Positions 9,499-20,400 of a stretch of DNA of 64,000 bases are shown one piece after another. Numbering within the stretch: position 1 is the first letter of the stretch; every line of letters begins with the position of its first letter. A program made the translations under genes and the position numbers. The stretch is from positions 1 through 64,000 of the forward strand of contig DKAT01000009.1 of assembly GCA_002450905.1 (NCBI GenBank), given 5' to 3'. The notes beneath the pieces are model-generated. The model had not been told where the DNA came from, ran no database searches, and was given only the letters and a program-made list of their open reading frames with translations. This stretch comes from Spirochaetia bacterium UBA6919. GTDB lineage: Bacteria; Spirochaetota; UBA6919.

Positions 9499-10527
9499 TT
9501 GATGATAACCAATAGAATTATAATAATAGTATTGTCTCTAATTGTATTCACTTATTGTAATAATTTAACAAGCCAGGACAAATATGTCGGTATTGCCATA
9601 AAGATCAGACAGACCTATGTCAAGAATATGGATAAGCTTACCCCATACAAGCGAAGTCATTTTGCGATCCGATATTATCGTATGACTGGGAAGAGTAATT
9701 TGAATTCCTATATTTCTGATTATTTTGATCTCATTAATAAAGGTTTATACAAGAGTTTAAGGAACTTTGACAAAAAAGAATATGCTTTAAAACGGGGAGA
9801 GTATTATTTTGATAAGCTTTTAATTGACTATGGGAAAAAGAGAAAGGGGATAGAACGTCAAAAGTATTTTAAGGATAAGAAGGACTTATTATTTTACATT
9901 GATTTAATTGAAATTGGACATATATGGAATGACATGGGATTTCTTAAGGGTGAGTATAAGGAAAGATATAAAAAGTATTTATCCTATTTAAAGGGGATGG
10001 ATTTGAGGTCGATATTTTTAGACAAGGAACTTATGAAGATTTATAGTACCCAGTTAGTTACAAGAGTTTATCAGTTGAAACACCATGGGGTGATTGATAT
10101 GGAGGATGATTTTACAAAACGCTTTCAGGAGATATTTAAAGAACCCGTTGAAGATGATTTCGCATTTAAAAATAAGATATATTCCTTGACCCATTTTATT
10201 ATTGCTGCGTCAAACTATTATCAAAAAAAGGTTTCTAAAAGAGAATTCGCATGGATTTTCAAATACTTTAATGAGAATATTCATAAGATCATTAAAAAGA
10301 CCAATGCAGATATCATTTCGGAGGTAGGGCTTTGTTATTTGCTGGCTGGAATTGAAACATCCAGTACTCTAGATCTTGTGACGGATTATGTGACAAAATC
10401 TTTTGATCCTAAAAGAGGATATATCCCACGTAAGAAGGGGAGTTTGAATGAATCGGAGCATACCAACGCTGTTGCTTTCGTGTTATTAAGGGGTATGGAT
10501 AAGTTCCATCCGGGACCTCGTTTCTAA
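9499..10527 (+). CDS. Hypothetical secreted or lipoprotein of 342 aa.
   Basis: It has a signal peptide with lipobox-like FTYC and is K/Y-rich. I recognise no catalytic motif. Confidence 0.45.
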   Translation: MMITNRIIIIVLSLIVFTYCNNLTSQDKYVGIAIKIRQTYVKNMDKLTPYKRSHFAIRYYRMTGKSNLNSYISDYFDLINKGLYKSLRNFDKKEYALKRGEYYFDKLLIDYGKKRKGIERQKYFKDKKDLLFYIDLIEIGHIWNDMGFLKGEYKERYKKYLSYLKGMDLRSIFLDKELMKIYSTQLVTRVYQLKHHGVIDMEDDFTKRFQEIFKEPVEDDFAFKNKIYSLTHFIIAASNYYQKKVSKREFAWIFKYFNENIHKIIKKTNADIISEVGLCYLLAGIETSSTLDLVTDYVTKSFDPKRGYIPRKKGSLNESEHTNAVAFVLLRGMDKFHPGPRF

Positions 10528-10652
10528 AAATAATATTATTTATTTGACTTATAATATTGACAAAGAAACTGTGTCTTTTATCCCATCTGAGCCTATCGGT
10601 ATTTCGACAAGCTCAAGACGGTATTACAAGGAGTTGATTAGTAGATATAATA

Positions 10653-11441
10653 TTATTTTATGAAGGGATTTAAATTTCCCTGTATTCTTGAAATTCTTTG
10701 ATTTCTCTCTCTCTCCCAATCGTCTACGGGATCTTGTTTATTCCAGACTTCAAAGAGCTTTCTCTGGCGATCGGAGATTTTTACCCCATAGGTTTTTTCC
10801 ATATAAAAATAGGTTCTTGCAATATCACCACGGATTTCTGGTCTTGGTTCAGCTACTTTGTTTTTTCTATCAATTTCAAAATCCACCTTCCCATATTGTC
10901 TTCGTTCACCGGAAATCATTCCATATCGATAATTGGATCGATCTGCATTGAGTTCGCCGATAGCCGGTTGGAGATTGTGGAGATCATTTTCCATGGCACG
11001 GTATACTGGATCGGTATCTTGACAGCACTTTCTGCCCTTTTTCTTACAACCCTCGAGCTTTTCACGCCAACATTTTCTTGTATGACCGAAAGCCCAGGCT
11101 GGTACGACGTGTTCCCACTCAATATATTTCCCACGCTCACGATTCTTTCTTGGGGTATATCCACAACTTTCTGCATTTACAACAATTCTTTCCCTCTGAC
11201 CCACTCTCTTGTATTCATAGGTGCATCCGCTGTAAAATGCGATGTAATGTCCTGCATAGACCCGTTTCATAAGCTTCTTTGCTTTGCTGAAGGTATTAAT
11301 TTTTTGTGAAGGACCGCTATCCCTATCCATTGATTTGGAATGTCGTTTGGATTGAGGTTTAGTTTTTTCCTCTTCGTTAGTCTTACAGGAAATATTAGAT
11401 ATTGTTAGAATTAGAATCAATAAGATATATAATTTATTCAT
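10653..11441 (-). CDS. endA: Secreted Endonuclease I, a periplasmic or extracellular DNase of the EndA/Vvn family.
   Basis: It has a lipoprotein signal (NISC). Strong collinear motif similarity to E. coli EndA includes CGY.PRKN, EWEHVVPAW.FGH, DPVYR.ME.D.HNLQP..GE.N.DRSN, the EP aspartate, RG.IARTYFYM, and WN..DPV..WE.ERN.RI..QGN.NPF. Confidence 0.85.
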   Translation of the reverse strand: MNKLYILLILILTISNISCKTNEEEKTKPQSKRHSKSMDRDSGPSQKINTFSKAKKLMKRVYAGHYIAFYSGCTYEYKRVGQRERIVVNAESCGYTPRKNRERGKYIEWEHVVPAWAFGHTRKCWREKLEGCKKKGRKCCQDTDPVYRAMENDLHNLQPAIGELNADRSNYRYGMISGERRQYGKVDFEIDRKNKVAEPRPEIRGDIARTYFYMEKTYGVKISDRQRKLFEVWNKQDPVDDWERERNQRISRIQGNLNPFIK

Positions 11442-11867
11442 TGATTACTCCTTTCAAATAAGGATATATATCATCCTCTGGATATCAGAATATTAATACT
11501 AATATAAAAAAATATTTTATAAAAAAATAATTATTCTTTCATTCCAAGCATTGAAGAAATTCTGAATCTCTATCCGAAACTAAGTTTAATGATTAATTAA
11601 TTTTATAGATTACATATAATAATATATACTGATAATTGTTGATATCAGAAATCCTTTGAAACATGATTCGAGAGCCTCATCATGACAAAGTTGACATTAT
11701 GACTTTAATTTAAAAAGAATTTTAGTATATAATATTTATATAAATTAAAATAATCGATATAGTTTCAAGAATTATCTTCAAATTGGGGCAAATTAAATTA
11801 AGCATTATTTAATATTTATGAGAAATCTAATTTTAATTGTGAATAGTTATCAAAACTATTGAAATAA

Positions 11868-13721
11868 TTACATTGTAAATACCTGATTTTCATCATAAGC
11901 CGGAAGGGTGACATAGATGTGGGTTCCGTCCTCATGGGATGTCTTGAAAGAGATTGTACCATTGTGGCAGTGAGTAATTATTTTAGCACTATAAGTTCCA
12001 AGACCGGTGCCTTCTTTCTTTCCCGATGTTACGTAGCGTTCAAAGAAAGTATCTTGTATTTCTTTAGGCACCATGCCCTGATTATGGATATCAACCAGGA
12101 TTGCTTTGGTTGAAGTGTCAGTGGTTTTTAATTCTGTGTCTGATATTTCAATATGAATTTTCTCATTATTTGGGGATGCTTCGATAGCATTTTTTAAAAG
12201 GTTTGCAAATAGTATTTTAACATAGTCGGTTTCGCCAATAATTAATTGTTCCTTGTTCCAATCCATGGGATGGTGATTCAAGGTGATATTTAAAGAGATA
12301 TTCTTTTTTTTGAGGGGTTTAGAAAATTCATCGTGGAGTTCTCTCATAATTTCTGTGATGTTTATGAGTTGTGCATTTAGTTTATAAATACCCGTTTCCA
12401 TTTTAAATAAGTCTAGGGAATGATTGATCATTCTAAGGATTTGCTGGGCACTATCATAAATGAACTTAACAAGCTCGGTAATTTCTTCGGGGAGTTGTTT
12501 TTCGAAGAGTAATATCTCGGTGAAAGTGAAAATAGCACTTAACGGATTTTTAAGATCGTGGCGTACCATAAGTTCATTGCTTTCCTTTAATTTCTCAATA
12601 CGTTTTCGTTCTGTGATATCTCGAATGGCTGTAATGTGAATGATTTTTCCCATATATGGAGCAGATTTTGTTAGTACCTGGACTGGAAAAGTGTTACCAT
12701 TCTTTTGAAGCGCGATGGCTTCATAAGATGTTTCAGCCGGGTTGGATAATTTGTCAATTATAAATTGCTGGCTGTCTGGATGGAATAACTGCTGAATATT
12801 TTTTTTTAACAAGGTTTCTAGTTTATATCCCAGCATATTCGCCAGATTTAAATTAGCATCGATTATCTTTAAATCCTCACTAAGGCATATTCCTTCGAAA
12901 GTAGCTTCGGATAGAAGTTTAAATCTCTCTTCGCTGTCTTTCAATTCATTTTCAGTAGCTTTCTTCTGAGAAATGTCCCGGGCTATACAAAGGATCAGGG
13001 GGCGACTTTTTAAACGAATGGGGAAAGTTCTGATTTCAAGAGGGATTACGTGGTTATTTTTACAAATGAATAAGATTTCTTCAGGGGGACAAATCTCACC
13101 CATACTGTTTTTTAGAAGAAGATTCGCCAGTTTTGGGTTATCCTGTGCATAGATAAAATTGGATCTCAACAGGTTTTGATTAATGATATCTTCTTTTGAA
13201 TAGGATGTGATAATTTCAAATGATTTATTGGTCTCAACAATATTTCCTTTGAGATCACTGATTAAATAGGCGTCGGGTGCGTATTCATAAAGTTTTTTAA
13301 AATGCTTTTCAGAACTGATTAACTCATTTTTATATTCTTTGATACCAGTGATATCACGAATAATATATTGGAAGATAATACCATTTGAAGAATTAAACGA
13401 TTTAACAGCGATCTCAACATCAAGGATAATTCCATCCAGACGAAGTATTTTTTCTTCTATGAACTGTAATTTATTGTTATTTTGAGTGTTTTCCTGCAGT
13501 CGAGTTCTTTCGATATCGTGATATGCCGGGTGGATAAAATTATATATCAGTTTGTTAAGTATTTGATCTTGATCATCGGTTCCAAATAAATTCATGCCGA
13601 AAGTATTGATATAAATCCATTTTTCGTTGTGTGCAAGGGCTATGGCATCAGGTGAGCATTCAATTAATTGTTTAAAGAACTCTGGCTGATCGGTAAAATA
13701 TGTATTGGGAATAGTTTTCAT
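11868..13721 (-). CDS. Cytoplasmic multi-PAS sensor histidine kinase.
   Basis: The 617-aa ORF has no TM segment. It has about three PAS-like repeats, an H-box VRHDLKNPLSAI and an ATPase G-box GTGLGTYSAKI. Its C-terminal core is paralogous to the CHASE2 kinase. Confidence 0.75.
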   Translation of the reverse strand: MKTIPNTYFTDQPEFFKQLIECSPDAIALAHNEKWIYINTFGMNLFGTDDQDQILNKLIYNFIHPAYHDIERTRLQENTQNNNKLQFIEEKILRLDGIILDVEIAVKSFNSSNGIIFQYIIRDITGIKEYKNELISSEKHFKKLYEYAPDAYLISDLKGNIVETNKSFEIITSYSKEDIINQNLLRSNFIYAQDNPKLANLLLKNSMGEICPPEEILFICKNNHVIPLEIRTFPIRLKSRPLILCIARDISQKKATENELKDSEERFKLLSEATFEGICLSEDLKIIDANLNLANMLGYKLETLLKKNIQQLFHPDSQQFIIDKLSNPAETSYEAIALQKNGNTFPVQVLTKSAPYMGKIIHITAIRDITERKRIEKLKESNELMVRHDLKNPLSAIFTFTEILLFEKQLPEEITELVKFIYDSAQQILRMINHSLDLFKMETGIYKLNAQLINITEIMRELHDEFSKPLKKKNISLNITLNHHPMDWNKEQLIIGETDYVKILFANLLKNAIEASPNNEKIHIEISDTELKTTDTSTKAILVDIHNQGMVPKEIQDTFFERYVTSGKKEGTGLGTYSAKIITHCHNGTISFKTSHEDGTHIYVTLPAYDENQVFTM

Positions 13722-13732
13722 TTTTTATCCAA

Positions 13733-14938
13733 TTATGATAAGTTCATAGCGTGGATTAATTCATTTTCTTCATCAGAATTAAGGACTCTTGATATTTCCC
13801 GGGTAGAATCCAATTTTAAATCGACATCGAGTGGTTTTGAAAGTGCTGTATTATCCCGAATAATGATTTGAACAATTGGTTTATTGGGGTTATTTTTATT
13901 TTCAGTGATAACTTTAGCTATTTCTTTGGTATTTAACAAAACATAAGCCCCTGGGATGGCAAATTGATCTTCCTTGACCAGATGAGTCATTTTCTCGCAG
14001 AAGAACTGGGTAATATTTCTTTTAAAATGTTTATCGGCATCGGTGAGGAGGAGTTTAAATGTATTTGGAGTTGAAATTGCTTTTTGATAAGGATGAGTAG
14101 AAGTAAGTGTATCATATGCTTCAGCGAGTGAGACTATACACACCTCGTCATGAATTTTATCTCCTTTGTATTGGAAGGGATATCCGGATCCATCAAATTT
14201 CTCGTGGTGGAGCAGGACAATATCTTTGACTAACTGGGAGATTTGAGAGTTATCCTTAATCAATTCATATCCGTGAATAGAGTGTTTTTTTATAATTTTA
14301 TATTCCTCTTCACTGAGAGGGTCTTTTTTGTGAATTAACTTATATGGTATTTTTAATTTACCGATGTCATGAATAAATCCGCCCAGACCAATTTCCAGAA
14401 GAGTTTTATCATCAATTTTAAGATATTTACCATATATCATTGTGATGATCCCGGTGTTTATGGAATGAGTATAGGTATAATCATCGTATATTTTTAATGA
14501 TAAAAGATTTACCAGATTATCTTTCATGTTGTTGATGTCATCGAGAACCATTTCTGTAAATGTTTTTGCATCACTAAACTCGATGTCTTCTCCAATTTGA
14601 ACCATTTTAACAATCTTGCTCATAGCCTGGATACCCATTTTATGAGTTTGAATATTGATTCCGAGAAACTCTTTACGATTTTTTGGGTCGAGGGAATCTA
14701 ATAGTAAATTACTGGGTGTGAATCGGTAATCATCTTCTACTTTGGAATAATAAAGATTGTCTATACCCTGCTTTAACAGTTCATTAATTCTGGTCTGTTC
14801 AAATGCTTTGTAGGCTGGCTGGATTAGATTTCCATCTTCGTCGTAGACATCGTATTTTAATAATATACCCGCTTTTAAATATTTGACAATGATCTTAACT
14901 TCTTGTCCAGTATCTATAAAATGCTGATGTTCTGTCAT
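13733..14938 (-). CDS. HD-GYP domain c-di-GMP phosphodiesterase with an N-terminal DUF3391-like region.
   Basis: It carries HDIGK and HHEKFDGSGYP motifs. A 12-nt gap to the downstream kinase gene implies an operon. Confidence 0.75.
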   Translation of the reverse strand: MTEHQHFIDTGQEVKIIVKYLKAGILLKYDVYDEDGNLIQPAYKAFEQTRINELLKQGIDNLYYSKVEDDYRFTPSNLLLDSLDPKNRKEFLGINIQTHKMGIQAMSKIVKMVQIGEDIEFSDAKTFTEMVLDDINNMKDNLVNLLSLKIYDDYTYTHSINTGIITMIYGKYLKIDDKTLLEIGLGGFIHDIGKLKIPYKLIHKKDPLSEEEYKIIKKHSIHGYELIKDNSQISQLVKDIVLLHHEKFDGSGYPFQYKGDKIHDEVCIVSLAEAYDTLTSTHPYQKAISTPNTFKLLLTDADKHFKRNITQFFCEKMTHLVKEDQFAIPGAYVLLNTKEIAKVITENKNNPNKPIVQIIIRDNTALSKPLDVDLKLDSTREISRVLNSDEENELIHAMNLS

Positions 14939-15046
14939 CTGTATTGTATCCTGTCTGATGCATTTTGGAAACGGTAATATAAATAATATATATTTTATCC
15001 AATGAATTCAAGTGGTCTGATCAATTAATCGTATGTGGTAAACAGT

Positions 15047-15874
15047 TTAGTACTTCAGATGGGATAAAAATTCTTTCCATTGCTTATCAGGTTTTGCATG
15101 GGGTAAGTGATCTCTGAGATTGAATTTCTTTTTCAGGTTGGCTATGCGTTGATTTAATAAATATTTAAAGCTCATCCACAGTGGAACTGCGTTATATTTA
15201 TCGGTGTTATCCTTATTTTGATTAAGATTTCCAAAAGATTTTGATTTGTTATAATAGCGTTGAAGTAGATTTAACAAGGCATTTGGGTTATAGGAGATTT
15301 CTATTAAACGTTTCACAGCTTGTTCATCTGCTTTTTTTATGAATCCAGGGGTGTATTGAAATAAGAATGATAAATTTTTCTTCTTTTGAAAAGCCTTTGG
15401 AAAATAGTAATCCTTAAAAATAAGATTTAGAGAATATTTCATCCCTATTGTTCTTAGTAGTACTTGAAGGATATGATGTTTTTTTAAATGAGTAATTTCA
15501 TGGATTAGAATAGAAGCTAATTCATCGATACTTTCAAGTTGATTAATCAATCCTGTAAATAGAATTATATGATTTCCTGGTAAAGATAGTGCTTTAGTAG
15601 ATGGATTTTTGATAAGTGAAACATGATAACGAGTTCCAGGATCAATTTTATCCATCATTTTATTAATAAAATTGTTTATATACGTATTTTGAATAAGATC
15701 CTTCTGGTCAATTATTACCTTATAAACATCATCACCGAATTGCTTTTCTACAGAATCTGGGATAAAATGATAAGATTGAAAACTAAATCCTAAAAGTAAT
15801 GCAATAATAATGGGTATTGCAACAATGTATAGAATGAATTTTTTACCAGTTAATTTAAAATTATTTTTTGCCAC
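15047..15874 (-). CDS. Membrane-anchored M48-like zinc metalloprotease.
   Basis: It has an N-terminal TM helix and the HEXXH motif LIHEITHLKKHH. It lies just downstream of an OMP gene. Confidence 0.5.
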   Translation of the reverse strand: MAKNNFKLTGKKFILYIVAIPIIIALLLGFSFQSYHFIPDSVEKQFGDDVYKVIIDQKDLIQNTYINNFINKMMDKIDPGTRYHVSLIKNPSTKALSLPGNHIILFTGLINQLESIDELASILIHEITHLKKHHILQVLLRTIGMKYSLNLIFKDYYFPKAFQKKKNLSFLFQYTPGFIKKADEQAVKRLIEISYNPNALLNLLQRYYNKSKSFGNLNQNKDNTDKYNAVPLWMSFKYLLNQRIANLKKKFNLRDHLPHAKPDKQWKEFLSHLKY

Positions 15875-15971
15875 AGAAGATTTTCTCCAAATATCTATAA
15901 ATTATAAAATATAATTGTTAAATTGAATTAATATACAATAATTTAAAAAAATTAATATCTTTAATAATTGT

Positions 15972-17273
15972 TTAGAAACTATAACTTGCTCTCAACATTA
16001 TAGCATAGTGCCAGTCATAGGGATCATTCACGCTGGGAATCGATGACTTAGGTATAGGTGCTCCTGAAGAATACTTTCTCATATAGAAAAATGCGTAATA
16101 GAAAGAGAATTTTAACGTATGATTCCTTTCATGGAATGCCAGAGGGTACCAACTCACTGAAGGTATCAGAGAAATACCATCTACACGCCCCTGAAACCCA
16201 GTCAGGTCTCTGTCCTGCTTATGATTATGATAATTAAAATCAAATCCTACTCCAAACCATTCAAATCCCTTGCCAAACCCTTTTATTTCTTCACCTAAAT
16301 TAATAATATGAGATATCGTATTTTCTTCAAGCACGTCAAATTTCCACTGAACAAGAAAATATTTAAATCTTAATACAAATCGGTCATGCAAAGTAATTTC
16401 GCTATCCAGAGAACCCGTATTCTGTTTATAAGCGATTGCCCAGGCATCAAAATCTCCTTGTCGGCGTAGATAAAGCATTCTGGCTTTGAAATCAATGCTT
16501 CGATTCTTGAAACGAACAAAAATACCTCCCATAGTGGAGAAAGTAAATCGTTCACTAGGGTTGTAATTGGCTAAAACTGCCTGAACACTGAGAGGAAAGG
16601 ATTCTTCTCCAGCGACTACATCCTGTTTTCCCTCAGGGATATTAAACTCGAAATATGCTAATAGTCCAAGGGCAAATCGCGCTGATTGATAAATGTGGAT
16701 GCGATCGGATACACCCAAAGAGATATTTCGGTTGGTTGGATATAATACTTCTAGTGTGGTAGAGGATGTTGGAACAATACTTGGAGTGTATAATGCCCCT
16801 TTAAAGCTAAATGCGGATGATACTAAATCTCCATACCAGAGCATAAAACTCGTTATGAATTGTGTACTGGAGTCAACCCTGTTACTGATTATGAAAGTAA
16901 GGTTTCTTAACCATTCATTCCTCTCTACAAATAGGGCATATGAACTTCCAGAAAATAGAAATGAAAAGAAATCAAAGGGTTTGAACTCAACTATAAATGG
17001 AAATCCGCTGTTGATAAGATATTTTTTTTCCAATATGATATTACTCTTTGTAAAAATACGTAAATAACCAAGATTTAAATTAAAATAAAAAAAAGGATCC
17101 ACCTGTGAATCTGTGCCATGAGCAACATGAGAATCCAAACTAGTTGGTGGGTACCAATTATCTATAATGAGATTGTTTTCTTTCAGTCTTCCCTTAGGTT
17201 CCCTCAATTTAATTGAATATGCTTCTGGTATAACAAATATTAAAATAATTAAGACCAAAAAAATATATTTCAT
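15972..17273 (-). CDS. Putative outer-membrane beta-barrel protein.
   Basis: It has a signal peptide, alternating amphipathic strands rich in aromatics, and a C-terminal SYSF ending in Phe. Confidence 0.4.
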   Translation of the reverse strand: MKYIFLVLIILIFVIPEAYSIKLREPKGRLKENNLIIDNWYPPTSLDSHVAHGTDSQVDPFFYFNLNLGYLRIFTKSNIILEKKYLINSGFPFIVEFKPFDFFSFLFSGSSYALFVERNEWLRNLTFIISNRVDSSTQFITSFMLWYGDLVSSAFSFKGALYTPSIVPTSSTTLEVLYPTNRNISLGVSDRIHIYQSARFALGLLAYFEFNIPEGKQDVVAGEESFPLSVQAVLANYNPSERFTFSTMGGIFVRFKNRSIDFKARMLYLRRQGDFDAWAIAYKQNTGSLDSEITLHDRFVLRFKYFLVQWKFDVLEENTISHIINLGEEIKGFGKGFEWFGVGFDFNYHNHKQDRDLTGFQGRVDGISLIPSVSWYPLAFHERNHTLKFSFYYAFFYMRKYSSGAPIPKSSIPSVNDPYDWHYAIMLRASYSF

Positions 17274-17390
17274 AAATCCCTCAAAAAAAAAATTATAATC
17301 AACTTATAGTTTGTAGTCAAGGAAAATATTTTGAAGAACCTTACAGAATATATTCATATTTGATGAAGGAAATCTTAGAGTATAATAAGA

Positions 17391-17417
17391 ATCGGAAGCA
17401 AATAATTTGATTCCGAT
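17391..17417. repeat. Palindromic intergenic element, copy 3.
   Basis: The sequence is atcggaagcaaataatttgattccgat. It lies between the stop of the large surface protein gene and the OMP gene start. Confidence 0.7.
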
Positions 17418-17453
17418 GTTGATTATTTAAAATTGGATAGTATTAATTATCTT

Positions 17454-20400
17454 TTAATATCTAAATTCTATTTCATCAATATAGGCTGTTGCAAAATAAA
17501 AATCCGATGATATATAGATTCTGTTAATGGCGGATCCTATATTATTTCTAAAGGGCAATCCAGTAGCTACAAGTGTATTATTTAAATATAAGTCATAAGT
17601 TGAAGTGGAGTAATTAATATTCTTCACTTCGATATGATGCCAGGTGTTGATAGGTAGAGATGCTGCTGCTCCTGTCCAGGTACCACCATTATCATAAGAT
17701 ATTCTATTTCCGCTATTAGCATCATTATGAAAAAATGCCATTGCTCTACCCGAAGTAGCTGGCAAATTATTATTCCCTATATCAATCATAAGTTGTGCCC
17801 AATCACTATTTTTTCGCAGCCAAAATCCGATATAGCTAGGACTAATTCCCGGTGAAAATTGATAGTGTACACCATCATTAAATCCATAATTGACAGAATT
17901 ATTTGATAATGCCAGGGACTGTCCGCCAGAATAATTTGTTAGCGAGATTAATATATTTTCACCATTCCCACCGCGATCATCAATCCAACCGTTACCAGGG
18001 AATGTGAATGCTGTGTGAGTTGGACTATTAAACCCTTCATACCATAGGAGGGTTCCGTTTCTGGAAGCATTAACGGATGTAGTACTCTGTGTGGTACTTG
18101 CTCCTGCACTTCGGATAGCAGATACGGTGTAGGCATAAGCTACCTTTGTTGATCCTCCATAGACAAATACATTACTTATCGCTGTGGTTTCCATGACTTC
18201 TGTACCATCTCGGAATATTTTATAAGTAGGTGTTCCGCCGGAAGCTGTGTAGCTTAAGTTAATATAGTATTCACTGGGTGTTGCGGCAAGTCCCGTTGGT
18301 GTTGCCAGATTAAGGATATCAAAACTACCCCCGGTGGAATTGACATTATTCGTAGCATTACTATCCCCTGTGACACCTGTAATTTCTACTACAAGATATC
18401 GACCAGTACCTACAGCACCGACACCTACAGGCCAGTTACCAGTGAATGGGATAACTACGAAACCTCCCGTTACAAGAGTAGAGGCATAATTTCCTGATGC
18501 GATGGGTGTTCCTATTATTCCAGCGGTTGTATTAGTGGATGAGAGATAGATATTATATGTAAATCCTGATGATCCATCAACAGATCCAATATTCCGAACA
18601 GTGAAATTACCTGAAACAATATCTCCACTGACATTTCCAACATAGTGATCATTAGTTGTTTTTAAGACAGATGAAATCATGTAATCTACATTTCCAGTAC
18701 TGCTATAAACGCCTGATATTTCTATATTATTAGTTGAATTGGTATCGTCGGTAGCATTAATACTGACTATAATGTAATAAGTTGATGCACCTAAAGGCCA
18801 GTTCCCAGGTATATTAATAGTTGTTGATCCACCAACCGCAAGGGGAGCAATTGAACCCGATGTAAGTACGTCATCACCCTGACTGATTGTAGTATTTGGA
18901 GAGAGATATACTGTATAATTGATACTCTGTGTACCAGGTGATATTCCAATATTCTGGATATTAAAACTACCCCCAATAGGTGTTCCCTGTGTGATACTTC
19001 CTGCTGGAGAGAAGTTTGGAATGATATCATAATCTACAGAGATGGCTGTTACAGTTAACAACGTGGATAAAGCGGTATTATTAGCTGTGTTGGTGTCCCC
19101 AGTTAAGGAGATGATGATATAATAGGTTCCTGCGGCTGGGTAATTTCCATTATAATTGACAGCAACATTACTACCTGCATTGATAGAAGCGGTAGAGCCA
19201 GTTGTAACCACAACATCTGTCCCATCAATGGTTGTATCTTTTGATAAATAAACAGTATAATTAGCTATACCAGCAAAAGATCCTGTATTACTCACATTAA
19301 AACTACCTGTAAATGCGCTTCCTGCTGGTCCTCCTGATGGATAAACTGGACTTGTCACACTATAGTCTGGGATGCCTACAGCGACCTGTGCTGATACTCC
19401 TGTATTATTACCAGTGATCAAATCATCCACGGAACTTACTGAAACAAGGATATAATAACCCCCTGTCGTAGCTGGCCAGGATCCAGTGCTGACACCAATT
19501 GTAGTTGATCCGCCTCCTGTAAGTCCTCCTGTTGAACCACTGGTGATTAATGTATCGGTGCCATCAATGATATTATCCGATGAAATGTACACATTATAGG
19601 TAATATTATTTCCTCCGGTGATGTTTCCAAGATTCTGTATGGTGAATCCAACGCCAGTTCCATTTACAGTTCCACTAGGTGTAGCACTTGTTGGTACAGT
19701 AATATTGTTCACGATATAATCTGTTACATTCCCGCCGCCTATACTGAATGTTGCAGTAGCAGGACTTACGGGATTTGAAACTCCATTTCCTGCTAAATCC
19801 TGAGCAGCACTACTAAGAGAAGCAGTTGTACTACCACTGGGTGCTCCTGAAAAATTAAACGTCACCTGATCATCCGTAGTGGTAACTGTAGCCCAGGTTA
19901 TACTGCTAGGTGTCCTGTTAAGCCCGTTAATCACGAGATTAAACGCATTTTGGACATCCGCTCTACTCATCGATTCACTGAATCTAAATCTTATTCCATC
20001 TAAAGGTGTGATAATTCCTGATAAAGGTACTTCAACACCACCAGATACAGCTACAGCAGCAGTAATCGAAGGAGCTGTGGTATCTGCTATCGGAGATGTT
20101 GTAAAGGATCCGGTGAAGTCTCTTTCCATAGGATTCTCATCCACGCTACGTAAATTAGCACTATTTAAACGGATGGTATAGATAGAATCTATTGTGAGAG
20201 GCCAATTTCCACCAATAGATTGCGCTTTGAAAGTTAATATGGTATTATTATAAGACCAAAACCAGGTATAGGATGATTGATTAACAGTTCCTGATGATGA
20301 AGAGAGTGTTAGATCATTAGATCCGAGTGTATTTGGGTTCATGGATTGTGAGAATGTGAATATAAGGCTTGTATTGGTTACGATAGCAGTAGAAGTATTT

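Noticed and set aside
10698-11309. 203-aa plus-strand ORF, and other ORFs of 64-87 aa, overlapping the endA region.
   Set aside because: They are antisense to a gene with an unambiguous Endonuclease I match. The predicted proteins are low-complexity and hydrophobic with no motifs, so these are spurious shadow ORFs.
16693-17067. 124-aa plus-strand ORF inside the beta-barrel OMP gene.
   Set aside because: It is an antisense shadow ORF with no features.
19879-20181. 100-aa plus-strand ORF inside the CARDB surface-protein gene.
   Set aside because: It is antisense to a repeat-rich S/T/G coding region. This is a typical spurious frame.
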